Source: Tubiluchus corallicola
Taxonomy: Eukaryota > Animalia > Priapulida
Assembly: GCA_030141605.1 (NCBI GenBank)
Contig: JAQGDQ010000660.1
Span: 53,053-117,052, forward strand
Length of the DNA stretch: 64,000 bases
Direction: 5' to 3'
The notes under the pieces were generated by a model. That model searched no databases, had not been told where the DNA came from, and saw only the letters and a program-made list of their open reading frames with translations. The position numbers were made by a program, and so were the translations under genes. Numbering within the stretch: position 1 is the stretch's first letter; the number at the start of each line of letters is the position of its first letter. This document shows, in pieces, positions 51,258 through 63,100 of this stretch.

Positions 51258-53800
51258 ATTATATATATATATATATATATATAATAATCTTTATTTGCCA
51301 TTAAAAACATTGATAATCACTGATAAAAACTTTATAGAGATAATCAATCAGTGTTAGTTAATAAAAACTTACACTGCTGAAGGCAAATGCGTCAGTGCAA
51401 TCTAAACTACTGTGCAGTAATGACGAATAAAATCAAACATATTTACAACTATACACAAAAAAATATAAAAAAAACTATGATTTAATTAATATGGCCGTGG
51501 TTATATGAATTCGGAATTAGTGTGTATGTTGTCGTACTGGTGTGATGGTATTTCATATCTGGTTAATATTAGTGATTTTAATTTTGTTTTAAATGCTGAT
51601 AGGGACTTGATTTGTTTAACCTGTAATGGTAGAGAATTCCAAAGTAAAATTGCTTGTTTGATTACAGAGTTCGTTCCATAGTGGGTATTTGTCCTAATTT
51701 GTTTTAGATTGCTTGTTCTGGAATTAACGATAGGATTTGGAAAAAAGGTAAATCTGTTATTCTGGAATGGTTTGCTGATGTTGTTAATGTATTTAAATAT
51801 AAAAAGCAGAGTAAAATATTCTTTGTGTGCTTCAATGATTGGGAATTTTAAAGTTTTTCTCAGGTTAGTTGTTGAAGCTTTGAATTTTTGTCTACCTGCC
51901 TTGTGTTTGTATGAGTACCCAGCTATCAATCTCAACGCATAGTTTTGAAGGAGATTTAATTTTAAGTAATTTTCTCTTTTGGTTTTTTGAAGTAGCGTAC
52001 ATCCATATAAGAAGTGTGGTAGAACTAAAGTTTTATATATTAGTGTTTTAGTTTCCTTTGTTAGTTGCCCTTTAACTTGTCGGAGATATGATGTGCTAGA
52101 TGCCATTTTTGTGTATATGTTATTAAAGTGATCATCCCATGAAAGATTATTGTCTACTTGTATGCCCAGGAATTTAACATTGTTAGTTTGTTTGATTACA
52201 GCATTATCTATTGTCAAAGTGGTTGATGATGCATCATTAGTATTTAATGAGGGTGACAGTATCATGAATTCTGTTTTGTCATTATTCATTTTTAGCTTGT
52301 AATGACTAAATGCCATATTTATATTTTTTATATCTTCTTCTAAATAATTTTTTGCAGTTTGGACATTTTCATGGGCTATGTAGATTGTGTCATCAGCGTA
52401 TTGCGTTATTTGTGAGTGTTTTAATACACTGGATATGTTGTTTATATATAGGCAAAATAATAACGGACCTAGTAGTGTTCCTTGCGGTATACCTCTGTTT
52501 AACGTGGCCCAGTCAGAAAAGTTGGTTGTATCTAACTTTACTCGTTGTTGTCTATCTTTGAGATAATTTTGTATCAGTTTTAACGATATCGAATCTAATC
52601 TGATTTGTTTTAAATTATCGTAAAGTAGTTCGTGATTAATGCTATCGAAAGCTTTACTTAAATCCAAAAATGCTGCTAAAATGTATTGCTTGTTGTCTAA
52701 ACTGTGTCTCCAATTTTCTGTTGTGTGTATTAGGGCGTCAATGGTTGAATGGTGTTTACGGAAGCCAAACTGATGTTTTGATAAAAGTTCATGTTTATTT
52801 ACATATGAATTTATCTGATCATAAATTACCCTTTCCCAAACTTTGCCGAAACAATGGATTACGGAAATTGGGCGATAATTCATGGGATCACATTTTGGAT
52901 CTTTTTTATGGATTGGAGTCACGTTTGCCATTTTACATACCGTTGGAAATTCGCCTCTCATAATTATCTGATTAGCAATGTAAGTCATATGCGGAGCTAT
53001 TACAGATGCGCTATCTTTTAGAATTTTGATAGGAATATCTGATGGTCCACTCCCTTTGTTGGAACTTAGGTTATTTAATATGTCGTTAATTTCTCCTACT
53101 GTGACGCTTTTGAATGAGAATACTGTGTTAGACGATTTGTTTTTTAATTTATTAATTATATTATTGCTAATATGAGAAGCCACTCCCTTAAAATTTCCAA
53201 GATTCAGGAATATTGCATTTAGCGCGTTGGCAATATCTTTGGGTTTTGTAATAACAGTGTTGTTGATCTTAATTTCGTCAACACGCGTTAGTTTGTTACG
53301 GCATTTATTTATTACATTGTTAATAATTTTCCATTTTTCTTTGGTATTTGTTGCGTTTTTACATTGTTGTTGTATATGTTTATTTTTCAAGCATTTATTA
53401 AGATTATTAAATTGATTTCTCTTTTTTTTATAATTGTTATGATTGTTTTTAGTTTTGTTCTTTTCCCATATATTATACATTCTGTTTTTCGCTATTCTTA
53501 GTTCGTCAAGTTCAGGTGTTGTCCAGGTACTTTCGTTATTGAGTTTGCTTTGTTGTGGGATTTGCTTTACGTTTTTATATGGTGCATGTACATTAAGGCA
53601 ATATTCGACATTATATGTCAGAATATTAACTTGTGTATCTATTTTATCAGTCATATATATGGAGGTCCAGTTCATTTTTGCTAAGTCGATTAAGTATGAA
53701 TGTTTGTTGTATTGGGCGTAATCTCTCATTAAATGCCAGACTGAATTTTGGTTATTACAATTTGCATTATTGTTTTTATAACTATTATGCTCTGTAACTA
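51258..53800 (-). mobile_element. 5'-truncated LINE copy with intact 3' end
   Basis: RT ORF, then ~200-bp 3' UTR ending (minus strand) GGCAAATAAAGATTAT followed by a (TA)n tail at about 51258-51283. Confidence 0.8.
51501..53729 (-). CDS. Non-LTR retrotransposon (CR1/L2-group) ORF2, RT and C-terminal part, 742 aa, no endonuclease domain
   Basis: KMANVTPIHKK..NYRPIS, QFGFRKHHST, FLDLSKAFDSINH, GIPQGTLLGPLLF, YADD, KFLGIQVDNNLSW, LWNSLP; no stops or frameshifts. Confidence 0.93.
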   Translation of the reverse strand: MRDYAQYNKHSYLIDLAKMNWTSIYMTDKIDTQVNILTYNVEYCLNVHAPYKNVKQIPQQSKLNNESTWTTPELDELRIAKNRMYNIWEKNKTKNNHNNYKKKRNQFNNLNKCLKNKHIQQQCKNATNTKEKWKIINNVINKCRNKLTRVDEIKINNTVITKPKDIANALNAIFLNLGNFKGVASHISNNIINKLKNKSSNTVFSFKSVTVGEINDILNNLSSNKGSGPSDIPIKILKDSASVIAPHMTYIANQIIMRGEFPTVCKMANVTPIHKKDPKCDPMNYRPISVIHCFGKVWERVIYDQINSYVNKHELLSKHQFGFRKHHSTIDALIHTTENWRHSLDNKQYILAAFLDLSKAFDSINHELLYDNLKQIRLDSISLKLIQNYLKDRQQRVKLDTTNFSDWATLNRGIPQGTLLGPLLFCLYINNISSVLKHSQITQYADDTIYIAHENVQTAKNYLEEDIKNINMAFSHYKLKMNNDKTEFMILSPSLNTNDASSTTLTIDNAVIKQTNNVKFLGIQVDNNLSWDDHFNNIYTKMASSTSYLRQVKGQLTKETKTLIYKTLVLPHFLYGCTLLQKTKRENYLKLNLLQNYALRLIAGYSYKHKAGRQKFKASTTNLRKTLKFPIIEAHKEYFTLLFIFKYINNISKPFQNNRFTFFPNPIVNSRTSNLKQIRTNTHYGTNSVIKQAILLWNSLPLQVKQIKSLSAFKTKLKSLILTRYEIPSHQYDNIHTNSEFI

Positions 53801-53909
53801 GAAAATGAATTGTAACAGAACTACATTAGTATACTATAGCATTATATAGTTAGAGAAAAAATTCCAAATATAATTACAAAAATTTAAGTAGTATATTAAG
53901 TATATTAAT

Positions 53910-53910
<1 letters not shown>

Positions 53911-53945
<35 letters not shown>
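53911..53945. repeat. (TAG)n microsatellite flanked by a 10-bp direct repeat
   Basis: TATATTAATG at 53901-53910 and 53947-53956. Confidence 0.85.
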
Positions 53946-54134
53946 ATATATTAATGCAATGTTAAGTAGTATATATAGTTGAAGTATATTAACATAGTTA
54001 CTAAACTACATAATAGTTTGTCAACAAGAAATAGATGCTGCATGGTGGTCAAGAAGCAAAGCTGGTAAGACCACCATGAAAAGTGAAAAAACTACTTAAT
54101 TTACAAGAGTGATTTACATACTACAATTTTGTGT

Positions 54135-54340
54135 ATGGCGGTGTAGGAAAACAATCGTGCTCGTCAGCCGAGGAAGTTAACATGCTCGTCATCATCGTTG
54201 ATGTCTGTTTCGCGGGAATCGGCAACATAAAGATTGTCTTTTATACGTACTGTGAAAAGTTACTCCTCAAAGTGTTGCTGAACAGCTGAAAAGCACATTA
54301 TGTTGTAAATTTTTGTAAACATTGAAAACTGATTGGTTAG
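54135..54340. promoter_or_regulatory. Candidate LIG1 promoter (E2F-type site, inverted CCAAT)
   Basis: Locally CpG-rich patch; TTTCGCGGGAA at 54208-54218; GATTGG at 54331-54336; the first coding exon of LIG1 is preceded by an acceptor (ctttctag, 57031), implying an upstream non-coding exon. Confidence 0.4.
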
Positions 54341-54584
54341 TGCAAATGTTATTTATTGTCTGAATTAAGAAAGTAACAGAAACCACGTTCAATGGCAACA
54401 AAATGTTCTGATGGTATGACCCCCTTCTATCTCCGGTGGTGCCACTATATTTAATATCTCTTACCGGACAGCAGCTTACTTCTGCAAAATCGATAACATT
54501 GTCATTGGACGTATTGTAACTTAGCTGTTCAATTTCTCATTAACTGCTTCCAATTTTTATAGCACATGACTATAACAGTCAGTC

Positions 54585-55560
54585 TAACTATCGTCCCATT
54601 TCACTTCCCCCACTAATCAAAAGTTTTTAAAAGTGTCATTTATCGTAGACCATACTCTTTTCTTGTCGAGCACTTCTGGAAAAAATCATTTTACAGCACT
54701 TGCAACTGTAGAAATTGTTCACAACCTTCTGCTCAGCCTGGATCAGAATTTAGTTACATGTGGTATCTTCTTCATCATTACAAAAATATTTGATAGTGTC
54801 AGTCACATAATATTACTAAAAAAACTTGAGCATTGTGGAGTACGTGGATATGCACAATCAACAGCACTTTACATCATTCAGTAATCCTTATTCTGCTCCC
54901 CATACGCTTGTTTGTAGTATTCCTCAAGGTTCAACACTTGGTCCTCTACCTTTTTGCTTTACATCAATAACCTTCTTATATTAATCATCGACTTTTTGCT
55001 GATGACACCGATCTTTTCCTCGCAGAGTTTAATATCGTAAACCTTGAGCTGAAAGTAAGCCAAGAATAAGTTAAAGTCGAAAAATGGTTATACTCAAATT
55101 ATCAGACTCTATTAACTTAAATAAAACAAAGTATATGATAATATCTAGAACATCCGTTAATTAATATTTCCAATAACTGTGAGATACATATGAACAATAG
55201 TATCATTGAGCAAGTTTTGTACATTAAAATCTTGGCATGTACATGGACAATGAATTTGCTTCGTATACACTAATTCAAAATATTGCATCTAAAATTAACA
55301 TTGGTATTATGTCAAGATTAAGACATTATTTGGACATCCTAACTCTCAAAATGACATATCTCGCTCTTGTCTACTCCTACTTACAGTATAGTGTTTTATG
55401 TTGGGGAACTGCATCAGCTAGTGAATTACAACCCGTGACGACGGCACAAAACAAAATTGTAAAAATAATGACCTTGGCGAAATTCGCGATCATGCAACTC
55501 CTTCGTAACTCAAACTATTAAAAGTAAGAGACATTTACACATTGGAATTAGCTAAGTTTA
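54585..55560 (+). mobile_element. Degenerate LINE RT fragment (L2/CR1 group)
   Basis: Remnant motifs in shifting frames: NYRPISL, FDSVSHIILLKKLEHCGVRG, IPQGSTLGP, FADDT, YLALVYSYLQYSVLCWG. Confidence 0.8.
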
Positions 55561-55566
55561 TGGAAT

Positions 55567-56293
55567 TAACCGGGTAATTACCCTCATCATTTATTACATC
55601 TGAGCCTGATAATGCTATTCAAGGCTTTTAAAAATTTTAAAAAATGGGACATTTATGATTAAGATCTTTAATATTGTAATTTTGTAGAAATTATGGCAAA
55701 AACTAGATTAAATAATGCTGATGTATTGATGAACTAGTACAATACTTGCAAAAGAACCTTGTTAGTGTCAAGCATACATTTAATTATTAAACAGTGAAGG
55801 AATGGACTAACAGTAGGGAGAGTGAACAACAGAATAGAAAGTTAGTCATCTAGATTGTCCAGCACTATTTATACACAAAGGTATATTATATATTAAATAA
55901 ATAATATATATATATAATATTTATGCCTTTGCATATAAATAGTGCCGGATAACTAACTTTCTATTCTGTTGTTCACTCTTCCTATTGTTAGTTCATTCCT
56001 TCACTGTTTAGTCGTCTGTTTTATTTTTATTATTATCTGTATCTGTTTTATTATTATCATTATTATTATTACCAATAATTAAATGTATGCTTGACACTAA
56101 CAAGTTTCTTTTGCAAGTATTGTACTAGTTCATCAATACATCATCATTATTTAATCTAGTTTTTTCCATAATTTCTACAAAATTTCAATATTACACACCT
56201 TAATCATAAATATCACATTTTTCTAAATTTTTAAAAGCCTTGAATAGCATTATCAGGCTCAATTAATAAATGATAAGGGTAATTACCCGGTTA
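55567..56293. mobile_element. Fold-back / palindromic MITE-like element (~725 bp) with TA flanks
   Basis: Left end TA-ACCGGGTAATTACCCT, right end AGGGTAATTACCCGGT-TA; arms of ~320-370 bp are reverse complements almost to an AT-rich centre at about 55885-55925. Confidence 0.85.
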
Positions 56294-57132
56294 CCCGATG
56301 GAAAAACTAGTTCGTAAATGTGTGTATATATATATATATATATAATAAATTGCCAAACAATGTAATTTCTCTGTGTTTAATTGACACAATATTTGTGTAT
56401 AAAAGTCAAACTATATTGTTTGGCTAATACATGATGTGAGATTATGTTTGTTTAATGCACTACTCAACTCGTTCAGTAAAATTACCCTCGTGCTTTATGA
56501 ATTACCCCCATGATGTAGGATATCTAGATTGGTAAAATTATCATGTCTAGAAGATCTTGTTGAATAGTTGTGCATTTAACTATTTTTTTTAAATCGTTAC
56601 TATATAATTCTGGGAGCAAACATTTAGTGTATCTGTAATGTACCCGTAGTGTACAATCTGTAGTGTACCCGACATCTGTACTGTACATCTGTAGTGTACC
56701 CTATGGAAAAATTAGTTCGTAAATGTTTTATTGGTGTGCACTCTTCGCGACAATATGAGAACCTGTATGACGTAGTACACTACATTCTTGAAAGCAAATA
56801 AAAAATTACTGTGAATTACATCAAAAAGATCACATTAGGCATGGTTTACAAATTTTTATATATAAGAAGTAAACCTACATTTACATTTAGGCCTATTTAT
56901 ATGTTACAGTTTTTTCACTAGATGTGTGCTTTATAAGTTTTACAAGAGCTGTTGAAAATTGTTATCATTAATTAATTGACAACTTCTGTATTGGTTAAGC
57001 TTAAAACTTATTTTTGGTATCACCTTTCTAGAGCTCCACTGAAGTGATTTAAGCTTAGCAGACCTCTCAAATTTTACCACCAGCTTTTGGGTACGTTTTG
57101 ACCCCTGAAAGCCACAATTTCCAACAACAGCA

Positions 57133-60100
57133 ATGGCTCAACGCTCTATTATGTAAGTTACTTCTAACGTTTCATTAAATTTTGTCGCTATAAATTGGCT
57201 TTGTACTATTTGATGTTTTTATAGTTTTTGAGTTACACGTAGGCTAGATGATAATAAATTAAAAGGGTAATGTTATTTGCAGAAATTAAGTTATATGTAC
57301 TAACCTGCCAGGCTGCTGTTCTTGGTGGTACTGGGTAGTGATGGGTGATTTTGAAATTTAGTAACTCGATTATAATCTTGTTTTTGTAATTTGATATCGT
57401 AATTAATCTTTTGTGACAATTTTTATTGGTGCACTTATATTTTTCTATGATTGCAGTGAAATATAGTCTATAGCTTCTTCATAACTTTTGTCACTATCTG
57501 CCATTTTTATACTCACACGCTATTTTTAGAGGCAGGCACCACTTTTTCATTAATTAATCTATTACTACATCACTTCACATGTCACATGTCATCGAATCTG
57601 AAGCCCCCAGTTTACAACACTGTTGTTTGCAATTATGTACAGTAAGAATGAAGAAAAAACACAAATATTCCTTTTATTTGTGCTAAAATACTGTGTTTTT
57701 GTCTGTGTGTAACACCCATTGTTTTGCTCTCGATTAATTGAATTTTCGTTCAGTCGTCGATTATATCAATTTATACATGGTTGTAATCACGATTAATTCG
57801 ATTAATCTATTAATCACCCATCACTAGTACTGGGTTCAGTTTCTTTGTTTATTTTTGTGTAGACAATAACAAAACATTAAGCTATTATTCATTTGCTGTT
57901 TAAACTTTGTTTCTTTTTTTAGTTTAAACAAATGAATATCGAAATAAGAAGATCAATGATAAATTTTGAAGCATGTTTATTTAGACTTCTTATAAATTAT
58001 TTTGTAATTGAGTTGTATAGTTGAATTACTTGCAAAAAAAATAAGTTAAAGTCTCAGATTTGGCAGAGAGTATTTTTATTTTTAGGAGTTTCTTTTCTCC
58101 AAAACAGAAAAACCTGTCCGATCATAAAGAAAAAGAATACAGCAACTCTAATGAGTCCAGTCAGAGTGATAGCAGGTAATATTTATTGCTAAGCGTTCTA
58201 TGCATTTCCTTTCTAGAATGGCTTTAGTTGTTTGCACTGGTATGTTTATAGCCGAAGTCAAGGAAATCTTTCTCAGAAATTAACACCACACATAACTAGA
58301 ATTTCAGCGACAGGCAAACTGTGTCCAGAGCCCTTCAGCTAATGGTTTTCTCGGATCTGTAGCACAGCTGTATCGATCAGTATATGAGCAGTTACCATTT
58401 ACCAATGACGTGATGCGAATTTATGGCCATTAAGTGCAGACTGACACTACAAGAAATTTAATTTTAGTCTAGCTGAAAGAATGACTGATTTAATATTCCT
58501 GTCTAATTCTTGATCGTAGTTTCTTAGTCAGATGTTCATTTTACCTATATATATTTTCTTACCTATAACAATTGCCAAATGGTGGTTATATTTTTAAATT
58601 GTTAATAATAATAATTAAAATTGTTAAATGATTAATTAATAGTTTGGAAAAACGGTTGATGTCAATGGGACATCATTGTTATGTGCAATTTCGAACAGCA
58701 GGGATCTTTCACAAATTTGTAAAAACAAAGATTGCTATTCAGCACTGCAGTATCCACTAGCAGTAAAAGATACAAACATTGACAGATTCTATGTTCCAAA
58801 TTCGGAGTGCAATTTTGTTGTTTGGCTAATGCTTGATTTCATTAGTCTGTCCTGACAGTTTAGTTAGTTTGTACATTTATCATTCTCTGCTGATTCGGTA
58901 CAGTACTTGTTTTTTTGTGATACGTTTCCACGTTTTGCTCATAAAGCGCCGAAAACCAATGGAATTAGTCTTTCAGTAATTCTTTAAAGTAAGTCGTTCT
59001 TAAAAAACAATACCTTGTTAAAATTATTTGGGGTCATGTTTTTTCGTTTTGAGTTCTGGCTAAACTGAATACTGTTCTTTTTTAAATTGTTAGTTTCCCA
59101 GCTATAACTTGTCTAAGTGACGCTATCAAAAGTCTGACTGCATTATTACAGTCCATTTACTTTCTAGAAATTCTTTAAATTTGATCATTTTCTTCGTTAG
59201 GATTGCGGAACAAAAAAGGAATGAAGATGATGTTGATGCTCTTACAAAAGTTGAATTCAAAAACAAAAATTTTTCTGCTTTGACGGGAGACTCGGTACCA
59301 GTAGGAAATCCTGTATCAAATTATGAGCTTGGTGTTTCATGCAAGAAACCTACACAAGTCACAAATAAACGTGCTAGGAGAATTATAGAAAGTGACAGTG
59401 AGGATGATGTGGAAGTGATGCCATCTGGTAACAAAAGTTCCGAGAAAGAGGATGCTGTCGCTTCTGCACCTGTACCAGCAGAGTCTCCTGTGAAGGTGAA
59501 TGAACATTACGTTATGAAACTAGAAATATTAACTATATTGAGATGTTATCACAATCCTTTAGGTTGAATGCTAGTATTCACATATATACATGTATATACA
59601 AATAACTTGTGACCAAATTCAGTGCTTATCTTTTTGCATGTGGAGTCATTATGATCATCATCATTATTATTGCAATGGCAATGTCATCATCGTTGTCTAG
59701 CTCAGCATCAGTTTTCACATCGACAAAGCCTTTCTGTTTGTCTATCTCTTTTATCTCTTTTTTCCTTTTGTCCATCTGTCTTTCTCCTGTTCCATTTCTT
59801 CTCGATGTGGTACTAATGCGGCTGTATTGCCATTTTCAGATGCTCCTCGGCCGCACTGCTTTAATATATATACGTAATGCATAGTCTTAAGTAATTACAG
59901 AAAAATACACGTTGTAATAATCGTATATGTTCCTGTTATTTACATGATGACTAAATAAAATTGTCACGTTCCGCCCTACATTTAATAGTTCTCACATTAT
60001 GCTTATGCAACATTAAGCCCTATTCATACTGTATGTTTAATTAATTGATAGGTATGATTTAATTGTGTATAGGTATGATTTGATTAAAGTGATATTTAGC

Positions 60101-63100
60101 TACTGGCAGTGATAGTTAATTGTATTATTAATTACTGATATTTTGTTAGGATGTAGGCACCTACTAACAAACCCCCTTTTGAATTCCGTCTGACCCACTC
60201 TTGTCTGCCCTATCGCGGCTGTAATGCACTGGCTAAGTCAAGGTTGACGATAGTGTACAGGTGAATAAAATTATAGCTGTTTAAGCGAGTGGCTTCTCGA
60301 TGAACTTCGTTCAACACTGTTTAGATATAGACAGCAACTTGACACAGAACGAGACAGGTCGTTTACTCGTCTCTGTGAAGTTACATGTTTTTGAAAAGAA
60401 ATGCCGTACTAGAAAGTTTCACACAAGATATGGTGTGTAATGTACATGGTGATACTGTGAGAGCCTAGTTGTTGTAAGCTGTGGTCGTCAACCAGAGTTG
60501 TCCAGAAATGCTGGCTTGCAGTCTGCAATAGTGGAGTTACCCACTGACTGACAAAAGGATCGACATCCAGTACTACAGAACCAGAGTTACCCAATACTAC
60601 AGAACCACATCCAGGGTGGTAACAGGTACTTTTCGCTTTTGTTACGATCGTATCTAACGTCGCAATGATAACGTAAACATCACGTATACTAGCCGAATGT
60701 TCTTCGATGCTACTTGCTGGGTAAAGACTAATTGGTAGTTTCTCTGACGAAGTTGGGAATCACAACTGTATTCAGACGCAGAGGTTATATTACGACGTAT
60801 TGCTACCGTTCTACAAACTGTTCGCTTTAAAGAAAAGGTGTTCCAAAAATACCTAGGTACAGAGTGGGCAGAGATGAACTTTATGCAAACGTATATACCC
60901 TACTAACCCCAAGCTTTGTCAATATTGCTATATCTTTGTTATTACTGAACTTTTGCTTAAATCGAATCACTTTGGAATTTGTTGATAATTAAATTGTTTG
61001 ATTAATTATTTTAATGTCTGCCATTTGATCTTTCTTTTTCTTCAGATCCATTAGTGTATAGAATGCAAATAGGCCATAGTCCCCCGTATTTTTAACATCA
61101 GCCTTAGGCCGATCTGCATCCATACATTTAGTGACTATCATACTAGCTCCCTTCTGTTATGAGATGTAAAACTAACGCAGCATGCCCCTCTTTGATTCCC
61201 CTATAGGAAATACAAGATCAGGGTCATCACAAAAATGTCGAAAATAAAATGCAGAGTTTTTACTTGCAGAACGTTGTTGTAAATGGAACAGCAGATCCTG
61301 ATGGCACTTGTGGAACAAGTATAGCAGATTTGCCTGGAACATCCACAGGCTTCACCACTGGACACAGTTTACAGTCACCGCAACATATTCCACTTCGTAA
61401 AACTGGTAAAGAGATCATTGCAAGGCAGTAGCTTATTTAAAGATGTAGTGTTAAATAGGGTGAAATTTTATTAGTTATTATATCTGTTATTAACAAAAGT
61501 TATACCCAAGATATATTATGATATATATATATATATATATATGGTAACAAAATTGTTTGCCAAGTTCTTTTCTGTTTAGTTTAGTTTATTCATTAACACA
61601 GTACATAATATACAACAACCTACAAAGATTGAAAGATGTCTTGCTGACCATACTATTTCCACTCATCTGGCAAAACGTGCTGTTAAACAAAGCCGTCCTT
61701 CCATTAAAAATGATGTAAAGACATTTAATTGCGTCCCAGGTGCAAAAATCAAGCACTTTGTTATGTTTTTAGCTTCTCTTCATTTTTACATCATTATATA
61801 AACACACAACTTTAGCTTCAATTACAGGGAAGCTATGAGACACATTATTTTTACCGACCTGAACAGCCTGATGGCTGCTTTCAGAATAAATAGGACAAAT
61901 TTTTACTATGATTTGCATTAGTACTGGACGTTTTGGAAATTATGAGTGCGGCAAACAAAATTTCGGCACTTAAAAAAACAAATAATCGCTGTTAAAACAA
62001 AATGTGACTAAACGGGGGTCATTAAGAGAGGCCTCACTGTGGAAAAGTTTTAAATTTTCCCAATTAGTTGGTGCCTAAAAAGGTATTAGTGACTCACCTA
62101 GAGACACTGCCATTAAACTCCTTCCTCACTCTCATGCCAGTGCCATCTATCCACAAGTTTACACTTTACCAGTAGGTGCTACCAGAAACTTGTTTTTAGC
62201 AAGGAAAGGCTTTGCCAGTCCCATGCCGTCTAAAAGAAAGTCAGAAGATGGCAGTCCTGGAGTTATTGACAGTACTTTACAAGAAAAAAGAAGCCGAACT
62301 GACCATTCTGCAACCTTGCCAACTATAGCAGGTAATATAATTTAAGAACAGTTATGTTTTAAATATGTCAGGAAAATACAAGTCACGCATAGTCATGGTT
62401 AATGTTTTGTTTAGCAATAGCCAGGTCTGTTATAGTCAAGTTTTGGAGTTATAAGCCTGTTAGTTCTCTTTTTCGGCTAACAGTATTGACTACATTGTGG
62501 AATAATAATCTCACGTCTTTGCACGTTTTGTTTCATGTCTGTTGAATGAGAGACAAAGAAAACTGTTGTCAATTAGCTCATTGGTCGAGATGTCAAATTT
62601 GTCTTTTATGCAAAAAGTTGTTTGTGTTACTAATTGTTGTGATTGTTGTAAGCTAGGTAATCCTCGCTGTGATGCTCCTGTTGCATCTTCCTGTACCACT
62701 TCTACTGATGATATTAATGTGATGAAATGATTGCTAACTTATGTGCCTTGTTATTATGACACAAATATTGGGTCTCACTTATCCATTTTTAAATTGCATG
62801 GTTTCTGGGTTTGCCAAGTCTATTATTGCTAGTAACAATATTTGCATTGATGACAATAAATTTTACATTTGTTTAAAATTTTATATTTATGTGTAATTTG
62901 TTTTTTTTTTAAGTAACATTGCTAGTGAAGTCAATTAAAGACACCTCTGTGGCATTAGTTAAATAACAACATGCAGGTATTTATGCATAGTTTGTTGTTA
63001 GGTAATATTACTACTGAACCAGGTAAAGAAGCATCGTCATCCAGTACAACTGAATCAGGGGATTATTCAAGAAGTGACAATCAATCAGTTTTAAATCACA

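Noticed and set aside
54122-54228. Upstream coding exon fused in frame to the RT ORF
   Set aside because: Splicing 54122 to 53797 puts the MLPIPAK... frame out of phase with RT and reaches a stop within four codons.
59962-60900. Solo LTR in a LIG1 intron (TGT start, internal AATAAA, higher GC)
   Set aside because: No matching ACA end with a target-site duplication could be identified.
62657-62720. Extra LIG1 exon GNPRCDAPVASSCTTSTDDIN
   Set aside because: Weak acceptor and no phase-1 donor before the stop; cannot be supported without RNA data.
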